The notes beneath the pieces were generated by a model. The model was not told where the DNA came from and did not search any database. It worked only from the letters and a program-made list of their open reading frames with translations. Shown one piece after another: positions 28,752 through 38,630 of a stretch of DNA of 64,000 bases (within the stretch, counting starts at the first letter, position 1; each line of letters begins with the position of its first letter). The translations under genes and the position numbers were made by a program. This DNA is from an uncultured Ignavibacterium sp. (GTDB taxonomy: Bacteria > Bacteroidota > Ignavibacteria > Ignavibacteriales > Ignavibacteriaceae), in NCBI GenBank assembly GCA_964592055.1, contig CAZQCC010000004.1:7162-71161 (forward strand), in the 5' to 3' direction.

Positions 28752-30239
28752 ATGGAACACTACGGATTCTGGTCACTATTACCTCCTTTACTTGCAATAA
28801 TTTTTGCTATTAAAACACGCCAGGTATTTGTTTCATTATTATTTGGTATCTGGCTTGGTTGGATTATTCTTAGCAATGGAAATTTAATTTACGGAACTAC
28901 AGCAACAATTCAGGCTTTAGTTGATGTGTTTAATGATGCAGGAAATACAAGAACGATTATGTTCAGTTGTCTTGTCGGGGCATTAATTGCATTCATTCAA
29001 AGATCTGGTGGCGTTGCTGGATTTGTTACTTTGGTTAACAGGTTTTTAACTCATCTTGAAAACAAAAAAATTGGGAACAGCCGTAAAACGGTTCAGCTTA
29101 TTGCCTGGGCAACAGGTACCGCAATATTTGTTGAATCGAGCATAAATACTCTTACAGTTGGAACAGTGTTCAGACCAATATTTGATAGATTAAAAATTCC
29201 CCGCGAAAAGCTTGCCTATATTGGTGATTCAATCTCGGCGCCGACTTGTATATTAATTCCGCTTAATGCCTGGGGAGCTTACATAATGGGGTTAATAGCG
29301 GCTCAAGGATTTAGTAATCCACTTACAGTTTTGATCTATGCTTTCCCACTAAACTTTTATCCGATGCTTGCAATGGCAATGGTTCTTTTTGTAATCTTAT
29401 CGGGTAAAGATTTTGGTCCGATGAAAAAAGCTGAGGAAAGGGCAATAAAAGAGGGTAAAGTTATTCGTGATGGAGCAGTTCCTCTTATTTCTGCAGATGT
29501 TGTTTCATTGGAGAAAAAAGAAAATGTTAAAGAAAGATCATCAAATATGATCATCCCGATTGCGGTTATGGTTGGGATGATGCCGTTAATGCTGCTGTAC
29601 ACAGGCTGGTCTCAAGTTGAAAATATTTCTCAATATCCCTGGTATGAACAATTATTTTTTGCTATCGGAAAAGGCTCGGGTTCAACCGCTGTTTTATACT
29701 CGGTTTTAACCTCTATTATTGTTGGAAGTATTCTTTATATCTCTCAAAAAATATTTACATTTTCAGAGACGATCGATCTGATATTTAAAGGTATAAGCGG
29801 TCTTATTCCTCTTGCATTACTTATGATGCTGGCATTTGCAATAGGGACCGTTTGCCGTGAACTTGGCACAGGTGTTTATACTGCGGAGTTGTCTAAACAG
29901 TGGTTATCACCCAACTTTGTTCCCGTTATTGTTTTTCTTGTTGCCTGCTTTATTGCCTTTTCAACGGGAACATCCTGGGGTACATTTGCTATAATGATTG
30001 CAATAGGAATACCTATGGCACAAGCACTGGATGCAAATTTATATTTAACAGTTGCGGCAGCACTTGGCGGTGGAGTTTTTGGAGATCATTGTTCCCCGAT
30101 CTCAGATACAACTATCATTTCATCAATGGCTTCGGCCAGTGACCATATTGATCATGTAAAAACTCAATTACCGTATGCTTTAACTGCTGGAACGATTACT
30201 GCAATTTTATATCTGGTGCTCGGAATAATTATTCATTAA
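28752..30239 (+). CDS. NhaC-family Na+/H+ antiporter-like transporter
   Basis: 495 aa polytopic membrane protein. The N-terminus FWSLLPPLLAIIFAIKTRQV is typical of NhaC-type carriers. Confidence 0.65.
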   Translation: MEHYGFWSLLPPLLAIIFAIKTRQVFVSLLFGIWLGWIILSNGNLIYGTTATIQALVDVFNDAGNTRTIMFSCLVGALIAFIQRSGGVAGFVTLVNRFLTHLENKKIGNSRKTVQLIAWATGTAIFVESSINTLTVGTVFRPIFDRLKIPREKLAYIGDSISAPTCILIPLNAWGAYIMGLIAAQGFSNPLTVLIYAFPLNFYPMLAMAMVLFVILSGKDFGPMKKAEERAIKEGKVIRDGAVPLISADVVSLEKKENVKERSSNMIIPIAVMVGMMPLMLLYTGWSQVENISQYPWYEQLFFAIGKGSGSTAVLYSVLTSIIVGSILYISQKIFTFSETIDLIFKGISGLIPLALLMMLAFAIGTVCRELGTGVYTAELSKQWLSPNFVPVIVFLVACFIAFSTGTSWGTFAIMIAIGIPMAQALDANLYLTVAAALGGGVFGDHCSPISDTTIISSMASASDHIDHVKTQLPYALTAGTITAILYLVLGIIIH

Positions 30240-30279
30240 AAAGACTTATTTTTAAATAGTTAATTTTAGAGGAGAATTT

Positions 30280-31194
30280 GTGAAATATTTGATCGGAATG
30301 GACGGCGGGGGAACAAAAACAAAATGTATCCTTACCGATTTTAACTTAAATCCAATTTATGAAACCGGTGGTGGTGCATCTAATTTTTTGGTTATTGGTA
30401 CTGAAAAAGTAGCCGTAACAATTCTTGAGTTGATAAAAGATTGTATTGATTCAAAAAATATTTCGATAGATGATTTACAAGCAGTTGTTTTAGGCACTAC
30501 TGGTGGTGGTCGAAGAAACGATGCTGAGTTGTTAGAAAAACAAATTTTTGCTTATGCTGAGCAAAAATCTTTAAAGATAAATAAATTCAAAGTTGAAAGT
30601 GATGCAAGAATCGCATTGGAGGGTGCTTTTTCTGGTAAGTCAGGCAGTATTTTAATTGCCGGTACGGGATCTATTATGTTCGGTAAAGATAATAAAGGAG
30701 AAATTCATCGCGTCGGTGGTTTTGGCAGATATATCGGTGATGAAGGAAGTGGTTACAGGATTGGAAGAAAAGGGTTGAATGCAGTTGCAAGATATATGGA
30801 TGGTCGTGCGAAATCTACAAAGATAGCTGATTTACTGGATCAGGAGTTTTCAATTTCAACTTCTGAACAATTAATAACAGAAGTTTACAGGAACAATTTT
30901 AATATTGCCTCCGTTGCGCCTCTGGTATTCGAATCAGCTGAAAGCGGAGATAAAATTGCACAAAGAATCCTTGAAGATGAAGCTGATGAGCTGTTACTTC
31001 ATATTACGGCTATGAAAGCAAAATTAAATGTTGATCTGCTTAAGGTTTCTTTGATCGGAAGCATCTTAACAACACCAAATTATTTTTCATACCTTTTTAA
31101 TGAAAAAGTTGTAAGACGATTAAATGATGTAAAAATCATGGAAGCGGAATATTCACCTGAATATGGTGCCGCATTAATGGCAAAACAATTATAA
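30280..31194 (+). CDS. BadF/BadG/BcrA/BcrD-type sugar kinase (GlcNAc or MurNAc kinase candidate)
   Basis: GTG start with an AGGAGAA RBS. ATPase motif LIGMDGGGTKTK and AGTGS. Confidence 0.65.
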   Translation: MKYLIGMDGGGTKTKCILTDFNLNPIYETGGGASNFLVIGTEKVAVTILELIKDCIDSKNISIDDLQAVVLGTTGGGRRNDAELLEKQIFAYAEQKSLKINKFKVESDARIALEGAFSGKSGSILIAGTGSIMFGKDNKGEIHRVGGFGRYIGDEGSGYRIGRKGLNAVARYMDGRAKSTKIADLLDQEFSISTSEQLITEVYRNNFNIASVAPLVFESAESGDKIAQRILEDEADELLLHITAMKAKLNVDLLKVSLIGSILTTPNYFSYLFNEKVVRRLNDVKIMEAEYSPEYGAALMAKQL

Positions 31195-31260
31195 CAGAAT
31201 TTCATTGCGATATTATCCGTTGAGGATAAGAGAAGCAATCTATAATTAAATGGAGAATTA

Positions 31261-32784
31261 ATGTCTGGGCAAAAAACAACTAGAAATCCGTGGGCATGGA
31301 TACCAACTTTATACTTTACTCAAGGCATTCCTTATGTAATGGTAATGTCCGTATCCGTAATGATGTACAAGAATCTTGGGGTTTCAAATACTGATATCGC
31401 ATTCTTTACAAGTCTGCTGTACTTTCCATGGTTTTTAAAATTTGCATGGGGCCCTTTCATTGATATGTTCAAAACAAAAAGATTTTGGACTATTACTATG
31501 CAATTGCTTGTAAGTGTTGCGTTATTCGGTATAGCATTTAGTATTCCCACTCCATTTTACTGGCAGCTTACCTTAATAGTTTTTGCAATTATGGCTTTTG
31601 CTTCTGCCACGCACGATATTGCCGCAGACGGATTTTACATGTTAAGCCTGGAACAATCTCAACAAGCAGCTTTTGTTGGAGTTAGATCAACATTTTATAG
31701 AGTTGCAACAATCGTTGGTTCAGGAATTTTGGTAGTGATCGCTGGCCAGCTGGCACCAACTATGGGATTTAAAGGTGCCTGGTCTGTTGTATTTATGATT
31801 ACCGGGGCAATGTTCATCCTTTTATTTTTATATCATAAATTTATTTTACCTGTTCCAAAGGACGATAAAGGTACATTAAAAGACAAAAAGCTTAGCAGTT
31901 CTCAAATATTATTGTTAGTTGGCGGATTTATTTTGTTTGCAGGTATTGCTTATCTGGCATTTTTAGCTTTAGGTTTTATCCTATCCTTGTTTAATATTCA
32001 ATCCCCCTGGAACACAATAATAACAACAATTCTGCTTGTAATATTGCTGGTGATATTGTTTAGAACATCGGTTGCAACGTTTATAGATAAGTTCGAAAAA
32101 TCTGAAAATAAAAACGAAGCTTTACTTCCGTTTATAGAATTCTTAAAAGCATTTGTGATCTTCATGCAGAAGAAAGATATCTGGAATATCCTTGGCTTTC
32201 TACTTTTCTTCAGGTTTGCAGAAGCGCAACTGGTTAAGCTTGTTCAGCCTTTTCTACTTGATCCAAGAAGTGAAGGCGGTTTGGGATTAACAACATCTGA
32301 AGTTGGAATTGTATATGGAACTGTTGGAATTATTGCATTAACTGCTGGGGGACTGATAGGCGGATATGTTATTTCCAGACAGGGATTAAAATGGTGGTTG
32401 TGGCCAATGGTACTAATTATGCACACTCCGGATCTTGCATTTGTATATTTATCTCACGTTCAGCCAACAGATTTTCTTCTGATAAATGCCGCAGTTGCGT
32501 TTGAGCAATTTGGTTATGGTTTTGGATTTACCGCATATATGATGTATATGATCATGATCTCGCAAGGAGAACATAAAACAGCACACTATGCAATTTGTAC
32601 CGGAATAATGGCCTTGGGAATGATGTTGCCGGGAATGTTTTCCGGAGCTTTGCAGGAACAAATCGGGTATCCAAGATTTTTTGAATGGGTTCTAATTTCG
32701 ACAATACCGGGATTTATTGTTGCAGCGCTTGTTAAAATCGATCCGGAATTTGGTAAAAAGAAGCAAGAAGCTGCTAAGGCTTAA
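31261..32784 (+). CDS. ampG: AmpG-family muropeptide MFS permease
   Basis: NPWAWIPTLYFTQGIPYVMV N-terminus, about 14 TM segments and 507 aa. Confidence 0.65.
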   Translation: MSGQKTTRNPWAWIPTLYFTQGIPYVMVMSVSVMMYKNLGVSNTDIAFFTSLLYFPWFLKFAWGPFIDMFKTKRFWTITMQLLVSVALFGIAFSIPTPFYWQLTLIVFAIMAFASATHDIAADGFYMLSLEQSQQAAFVGVRSTFYRVATIVGSGILVVIAGQLAPTMGFKGAWSVVFMITGAMFILLFLYHKFILPVPKDDKGTLKDKKLSSSQILLLVGGFILFAGIAYLAFLALGFILSLFNIQSPWNTIITTILLVILLVILFRTSVATFIDKFEKSENKNEALLPFIEFLKAFVIFMQKKDIWNILGFLLFFRFAEAQLVKLVQPFLLDPRSEGGLGLTTSEVGIVYGTVGIIALTAGGLIGGYVISRQGLKWWLWPMVLIMHTPDLAFVYLSHVQPTDFLLINAAVAFEQFGYGFGFTAYMMYMIMISQGEHKTAHYAICTGIMALGMMLPGMFSGALQEQIGYPRFFEWVLISTIPGFIVAALVKIDPEFGKKKQEAAKA

Positions 32785-32833
32785 GAAAAATAATTAGTTA
32801 TGGTCAATAGTTCTAATCAAGGGAGAAACAAAA

Positions 32834-34942
32834 ATGAAATACTTCATTTATTCAATTATTATTTTCATTGTCTTGATGTTTACTAATATGAATGCACAAA
32901 CAATGAATATTAACAATCCTTTTTTTTCTGAATATAAAACTCCGTATCAAACTCCGCCCTTTGATCAAATAAAGGATGAGCATTATCTGCCGGCATTTGA
33001 AGAAGGGATCAAAATAAAAAGAGCGGAACTTGATCTGATCATCAATAATTCTGAAAAACCTACTTTTGAAAACACTATAACAGCTATTGAAAAAAGCGGA
33101 GAATTATTAACAAAGGTATCCAGAGTATTTTTTAATATCAGCGGTTCTAACGGCAATGATGCAACTCAGAAAATCGCTGAAACAATCACGCCTCAGCTTT
33201 CTAAATTAAATAATGATATAGTGCTGAATGAAAAACTTTTTCAGCGCATTAAGACTATCAATGATGAAAAGGATAAACTTAATCTTTCATCAGAACAGTT
33301 AAAAGTGTTAGACAATTATTATTCTGATTTTATCAGAAATGGTATTGGACTTGATGAAGAAAAAAAATCAAGGCTAAAAGCCATTAATGAAGAATTGAGT
33401 ATGCTTAATCTTAAGTTCGGAAACAATCTTAGAAAAGAAACAAACTCAATCGGATTGGTAATTGATAACAAAGCTGATTTAGTTGGTCTGCCCGATGCTG
33501 CTATTCAGGGAGCATATGAACTCGCCAAGCAAAACGGTATGGAAGGGAAGTGGGCTTTTAATCTTCAGCGTCCAAGTTTTACTCCATTTTTACAATACTC
33601 TGAAAAAAGAGACTTAAGAGAAAAGTTATACAAAGCATATCTAATGAGGGGAAACAATAATAATGAGTTTGATAATAAAGAGATCATAAAAAAAATTATT
33701 GCATTGCGTAATGAAAAAGTGAATCTGCTTGGTTACAAAACTTATGCAGATTTTAAGCTTGAAAAGAATATGGCTAAAACTCCTGAAACAGTGAATAAAT
33801 TTTTAGCTGATCTATGGAAACCTGCATTAAACAAAGCAAAAGTAGAAGCCGCTGATATGCAAAAACTGATTGATGCTGAAGACGGTAACTTTAAATTAGC
33901 TGGCTGGGATTGGTGGTTTTATGCAGAGAAAGTGAAGAAAGAAAAGTATGCTCTTGATGAAGAAATGCTTCGCCCTTACTTCAAGATGGAAAATGTAAGG
34001 CAGGGTGCTTTTGATGTAGCCACTAAACTCTATGGAATTCAATTTAAAAAACTTAATGATATTTCTGTATATCAACCTGATGTTGAAGTTTATGAAGTTA
34101 AGGAAGCAGATGGCACTCATATTGGAATTCTCTACACAGATTACTATCCAAGAAGCGGCAAACGAGCAGGAGCCTGGATGAGTAATTTTCGCAGTCAATC
34201 AAATATGGATGGTGAATTCATCACTCCATTAATTGTTAATGTGGGAAATTTTTCAAAGCCAACGGAAGGCAAACCCGCACTTTTAAGTTATGATGAAGTA
34301 GAAACATTATTTCACGAGTTTGGACATGGACTAAATGGACTATTAACCAATACAACATATCCAGGCTCAAGAAGAGCACCGGTTGATTTTACAGAACTAC
34401 CCTCACAGATTATGGAAAACTGGGCATCACATCCGGAAGTTTTAAAGACTTATGCTAAACATTATCAAACAGGTGAATCAATTCCTGATGAATTAATTCA
34501 GAAGATCATCAACTCTCAGTATTTTAATAAAGGATTTGAAACAGTTGAATATTTAGCTGCATCAATTCTTGATATGGATTGGCACACATTGACAGATGTT
34601 ACTGATTTAGATGTTCAAAAATTTGAAGAAGAAAGTTTAAACAAGATTGGATTAATTCCTGAAATTGCTTCTCGATATCAGAGCACAAATTTCAATCATA
34701 TCTTTGGCGGAGATGGTTACTCAGCAGGCTATTATGGTTATATGTGGTCTGGAGTATTGGACAGCGATGCATTTGGTGCATTTTTAGAAAATGGTTTGTT
34801 CGATCGAAAAACTGCAGAAAGTTTTAGAAGAAACATATTAGAAAAAAGCGGCAGCGATGATCCAATGAATTTGTACATTAAGTTCCGCGGACGTGAACCC
34901 AAGCCGGATGCTCTTATAGAGAAATTGGGACTTAATGAATAA
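32834..34942 (+). CDS. dcp: Peptidyl-dipeptidase Dcp (M3 family metallopeptidase), secreted
   Basis: Signal peptide, HEFGH zinc motif and 702 aa. Confidence 0.8.
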   Translation: MKYFIYSIIIFIVLMFTNMNAQTMNINNPFFSEYKTPYQTPPFDQIKDEHYLPAFEEGIKIKRAELDLIINNSEKPTFENTITAIEKSGELLTKVSRVFFNISGSNGNDATQKIAETITPQLSKLNNDIVLNEKLFQRIKTINDEKDKLNLSSEQLKVLDNYYSDFIRNGIGLDEEKKSRLKAINEELSMLNLKFGNNLRKETNSIGLVIDNKADLVGLPDAAIQGAYELAKQNGMEGKWAFNLQRPSFTPFLQYSEKRDLREKLYKAYLMRGNNNNEFDNKEIIKKIIALRNEKVNLLGYKTYADFKLEKNMAKTPETVNKFLADLWKPALNKAKVEAADMQKLIDAEDGNFKLAGWDWWFYAEKVKKEKYALDEEMLRPYFKMENVRQGAFDVATKLYGIQFKKLNDISVYQPDVEVYEVKEADGTHIGILYTDYYPRSGKRAGAWMSNFRSQSNMDGEFITPLIVNVGNFSKPTEGKPALLSYDEVETLFHEFGHGLNGLLTNTTYPGSRRAPVDFTELPSQIMENWASHPEVLKTYAKHYQTGESIPDELIQKIINSQYFNKGFETVEYLAASILDMDWHTLTDVTDLDVQKFEEESLNKIGLIPEIASRYQSTNFNHIFGGDGYSAGYYGYMWSGVLDSDAFGAFLENGLFDRKTAESFRRNILEKSGSDDPMNLYIKFRGREPKPDALIEKLGLNE

Positions 34943-34983
34943 GATTTTTTATTGAAGCTGTCTCAAGAGTCAGAAGTACAAAA

Positions 34984-35048
34984 TTGTTATTCCCACGAAA
35001 GTGGGAATCTATTTTTTTATTGACGCCAGCCTACTGCAGGCAGGCTGG
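34984..35048 (+). repeat. Bipartite hairpin element, copy 1; its first hairpin doubles as the dcp terminator
   Basis: TTGTT-ATTCCCAC-GAAA-GTGGGAAT plus CTATTTTTTT, then 17 nt, then CCAGCCT...CAGGCAGG..CTGG. The architecture matches the element at 49695-49771. Confidence 0.6.
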
Positions 35049-35294
35049 GGAAGACAAAATAAATAAAAACAATTCAAGCTTTAGCCCAACCTAATATGTG
35101 ACTAAAGCTATTTTCATTTTAGTTTATTCTTTCCTGAACTTAAAAAGCCTGCGTGAATAATTGGATACAACAGCCTAAGTGGAGTAGAAGACTAACATTT
35201 TGAAATAAATTCGCATCTCGTCTTCGCTATGTGTAACACTTTTTATTATAAGAAGCCGGCCTTCCCAAAATGGAACAATCAATATTAAAGTGAA

Positions 35295-36485
35295 TTATTG
35301 ATTTGGTGAGTGTTCTTTCAAAAATCTTCTTTTAAAAATTATCAATAGCAAAATAAACAGTACCGTATTGATTATAACTAAATTCATAATTTCAAAAGTT
35401 GTGTGTCCAATGTTAGCTCCCATCGAAACGATTCTATGAATTGCATTCATATACGCAGTTGTTGGAATTAAATAACCAATTGCTTTAACTATTGTGGGCA
35501 TAGCAAATTTTGGCCAGGAATAACCTGTGAAAAAGAATAAAGGATATGATGTGAAAGAAATCAGAATTAAGGCATGTACTTTTTTAGAAAAGAAGTTTCC
35601 AATGATAATAGAGAGGAATGAAATTGAAAGTAATAACAAAACACTTACAATTATGAATGCAGAATAACTTCCTCTAAAAATAATTTTAAAGACTGATAGA
35701 TGAACAGAAAAGAAAACTAAAGCATAAGCTAAATAAAGTATCAGATAAAAACTTATTTTTCCTGAAAGAGCAACTAAGGGATTATTTCTGGAAAGAATTT
35801 TCAACTCAACAAATCTTTTGCTTTCATTTTCCTTTGCCATTGATTGTCCCAATCCCATAAATAATGTCTGTTGTAAAACCAGAATCAAAATAGCGGGAAT
35901 CAAAAAATCACCATAAGATTCAGATGGATTGAAAAGTAACTTTATTTCATCCTTAAGTGGACTTGACAATTCCTTCGCTTGCTCATCAGAAAATCCTTTG
36001 GATAAAAAATATTCAACTCTTATTTCCTCACCTTTATTAAAAGCAACCTCATTAACAGCTTTGTTCAAATCGTTTGAATGAAGAAAACGATGTGTATTGA
36101 GATAAATTTTTATTCTCGAGTCTCTGCTTAATTTCAAATTTTTACTGAAATCGTTCGGGATAAAAATCACACCCTGAACTTCTTCATCAATTAATTTCTT
36201 ATCTATTTCATCTAAACTCCTTAATTCTTCTTTGATATAAATCGAAGGATGAGCGTTTAATTGTTTTATCAGATTTAAAGATTCACTCGATCGATCTTCA
36301 TCATAAACTGCAACCGGAACTTCGTGTTCAACTTTGTTCATATACATCGTTCCGTAAAAGAATGAATAGAAAAGAGGAGCAGCAAGAAACATTGCAATTA
36401 AATCAAGATCGGTAATAATCCAATTTATTTCTCGTTTTATTATTTCAAATATGGAATTAATTTTTTTCATCGTATCCGATACCAT
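35295..36485 (-). CDS. ABC-2 type transporter permease (no nucleotide-binding domain)
   Basis: One N-terminal TM, an approximately 150-aa extracytoplasmic loop and 5 C-terminal TMs. No Walker A motif. It overlaps the upstream permease gene; an alternative ATG lies at 36470. Confidence 0.65.
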   Translation of the reverse strand: MVSDTMKKINSIFEIIKREINWIITDLDLIAMFLAAPLFYSFFYGTMYMNKVEHEVPVAVYDEDRSSESLNLIKQLNAHPSIYIKEELRSLDEIDKKLIDEEVQGVIFIPNDFSKNLKLSRDSRIKIYLNTHRFLHSNDLNKAVNEVAFNKGEEIRVEYFLSKGFSDEQAKELSSPLKDEIKLLFNPSESYGDFLIPAILILVLQQTLFMGLGQSMAKENESKRFVELKILSRNNPLVALSGKISFYLILYLAYALVFFSVHLSVFKIIFRGSYSAFIIVSVLLLLSISFLSIIIGNFFSKKVHALILISFTSYPLFFFTGYSWPKFAMPTIVKAIGYLIPTTAYMNAIHRIVSMGANIGHTTFEIMNLVIINTVLFILLLIIFKRRFLKEHSPNQ

Positions 36486-37635
36486 GTTGTTTTAATCTGA
36501 TTTTAATCGATAAGATTGCCACTGAAAAAGACAATGTAAAGAAAATAATTAACATCATCAGTTCATTCTTCAGATAGATAATTTCTGCATTCATTTCATA
36601 GAGTTTAATAAATCCCGATAGGAAATAAGTAAATGGAATTAGCTTTGCAATAAATTGATGAATCGGTGGCATTGCCCATAAAGGAAAAGTTAAACCACTG
36701 TAAATGAAAGCCGGAGTCAAAACAAATAATGCAACTTCAGTAGCTAAAGTTCTTTTGGGTATCAATGATGATAGCATTATTCCGAAGCTGAAACTTACTA
36801 TGATGAAAAAGAATAAATACAAAATTGTAATTATGATTGAAGATCTAATGACAATGTGAAATGCCGGAAATATTATTCCCACCAATATTAAAATATTAGC
36901 GAAATGAAAAAGCAGATGAGGAATAGATTTACCAATCAATACCGGAAGAATCTTTCCTTTCGTTTCATGGAGCGCAAATTGAAAATCTTGTTCGCCGATT
37001 TTATGATTAATGATTGGAACAGTACCCATCACTACAACCATCATCAGAATAAAAGTTGTTAATCCGGGAATCAGATATGTTATGTAACTGTAATTTGAAT
37101 TGTATAAAACATTCGTTTCAACTTTCAGTGGATTTACGAGATTCAATGATTGATTTTCAGTTAAACCACTTGACTTAAATTTTTTTAAGAGAATTCCTGC
37201 ATTAACAGTCTTTAATATTTTAGTTCCGTCATTCACTAAGCTATTGCTTATTAAAAGATTACTTGCATCAATAAACATTACAACACTTGATTGTTTCCCG
37301 GATTTGATGTCCGTACTCAACTCAGCAGAGAAGTAAAAGGCGCCATGAATTCTTCCTCCGAGAAAATCCTCTTTTAATTCTTCTTTCGATTCGCAATAAT
37401 CAACTATTTTCATCGAAGGCGAAGATTCAATGTATTGAATAAGAGTTCTGGATAAATCTGATTTGTCATCATCTACAATAGCGATCGGAATTTCTCTTAT
37501 GATTTCATTATGATAAACAATTGAAAAGCAAAGAAATATAATTATTGGAAACAGTGAATAAAGAAAAACAGTTATTCTGCTGTTGTTTATTTGATTAAAT
37601 TCTTTTTGTGCAATATTTAAAATTACTTTCAACAT
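36457..37635 (-). CDS. ABC-2 type transporter permease (no nucleotide-binding domain)
   Basis: Same topology as the downstream paralogue, with no Walker A/B motifs anywhere in 392 aa. Confidence 0.65.
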   Translation of the reverse strand: MLKVILNIAQKEFNQINNSRITVFLYSLFPIIIFLCFSIVYHNEIIREIPIAIVDDDKSDLSRTLIQYIESSPSMKIVDYCESKEELKEDFLGGRIHGAFYFSAELSTDIKSGKQSSVVMFIDASNLLISNSLVNDGTKILKTVNAGILLKKFKSSGLTENQSLNLVNPLKVETNVLYNSNYSYITYLIPGLTTFILMMVVVMGTVPIINHKIGEQDFQFALHETKGKILPVLIGKSIPHLLFHFANILILVGIIFPAFHIVIRSSIIITILYLFFFIIVSFSFGIMLSSLIPKRTLATEVALFVLTPAFIYSGLTFPLWAMPPIHQFIAKLIPFTYFLSGFIKLYEMNAEIIYLKNELMMLIIFFTLSFSVAILSIKIRLKQHGIGYDEKN

Positions 37636-37643
37636 TTTTATTC

Positions 37644-38630
37644 TTATCTCGGGAGAATAATGTTTGCTGTCATTCCTGGTCTTAATTCCGGAGTTTCTGT
37701 AACGGGCTTTAATCTTATTTCAAAAGTTTTGATATCAAATTCACCTTTCTGATTTGTCGGTCTCCAATTTGCAAAATCACCCATTGCTGAGATGTAATAG
37801 ACTTTAAATTTTATTTTCTTATCAACAAGTGCTTTAACAATTCCATAAAATTCATCACCGATTTTAACTCCATTCATTTCATCTTCTTTTATCTGAATCG
37901 AAGCCCAATAATCTTTTGTATCAATCAAACTAAGAACAGGATAACCACTTGAGATAATCTCACCCTGATTAACTAACTTTTTCTGAAGTTCACCATCAAT
38001 CGGACTTTTAATTTCAAGCTCTTGCTGATAAGCTAGTGCTTCTTTATAACCGTTCTCTGCCTGATAGTAAAGACCTTTTGCCATTTCAATTTCTTCATAG
38101 CGTGCACCCTTAACAACCATATCATACTTTGATTTAGCAGCATTCATCTGTTCGAATGCAGCTTTGTACTGAAATTCATAAACATCTTTCTCCTGAGCAG
38201 AAATCAAACTATCGCGATATAGATTCATCATTCTTTCATAAGTCTTCTTTGCAAGTTCGTATTGATGCTTTGCCTGAAGATAAAGTTTTTCAGTTGCTTC
38301 TTTTTCTTCGGGACGAGCACCATTAAGTGCCATCTTATATTTGAACTTTGCTGCTTCAAGCTGACCTTTTGCCTGTTCAACTTTGGCATTCATTTCTATG
38401 CTTTCAAGTCTTGCAAGTATCTGACCTTTTGAAACTTTGTCTCCTTCTTTTACAAAAATTTCTTCAATTCTTCCCGGAATTTTTGAAGCTACATTTACAG
38501 TTGTTGTTTCGATCAATCCAGTTACTATCTTTTCTTCATTATTGTTTGCTTGAGCAACAATTACTATCACAGCAATTATTGCAAGCACAAATGGTAAAGC
38601 AATGAGATAATTTCTAAGCTTCATTTTCAT
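37644..38630 (-). CDS. HlyD-family periplasmic adaptor
   Basis: N-terminal TM anchor, a lipoyl-like segment (GRIEEIFVKEGDKVSKGQILARL), a long coiled-coil hairpin and a beta-barrel. Confidence 0.75.
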   Translation of the reverse strand: MKMKLRNYLIALPFVLAIIAVIVIVAQANNNEEKIVTGLIETTTVNVASKIPGRIEEIFVKEGDKVSKGQILARLESIEMNAKVEQAKGQLEAAKFKYKMALNGARPEEKEATEKLYLQAKHQYELAKKTYERMMNLYRDSLISAQEKDVYEFQYKAAFEQMNAAKSKYDMVVKGARYEEIEMAKGLYYQAENGYKEALAYQQELEIKSPIDGELQKKLVNQGEIISSGYPVLSLIDTKDYWASIQIKEDEMNGVKIGDEFYGIVKALVDKKIKFKVYYISAMGDFANWRPTNQKGEFDIKTFEIRLKPVTETPELRPGMTANIILPR

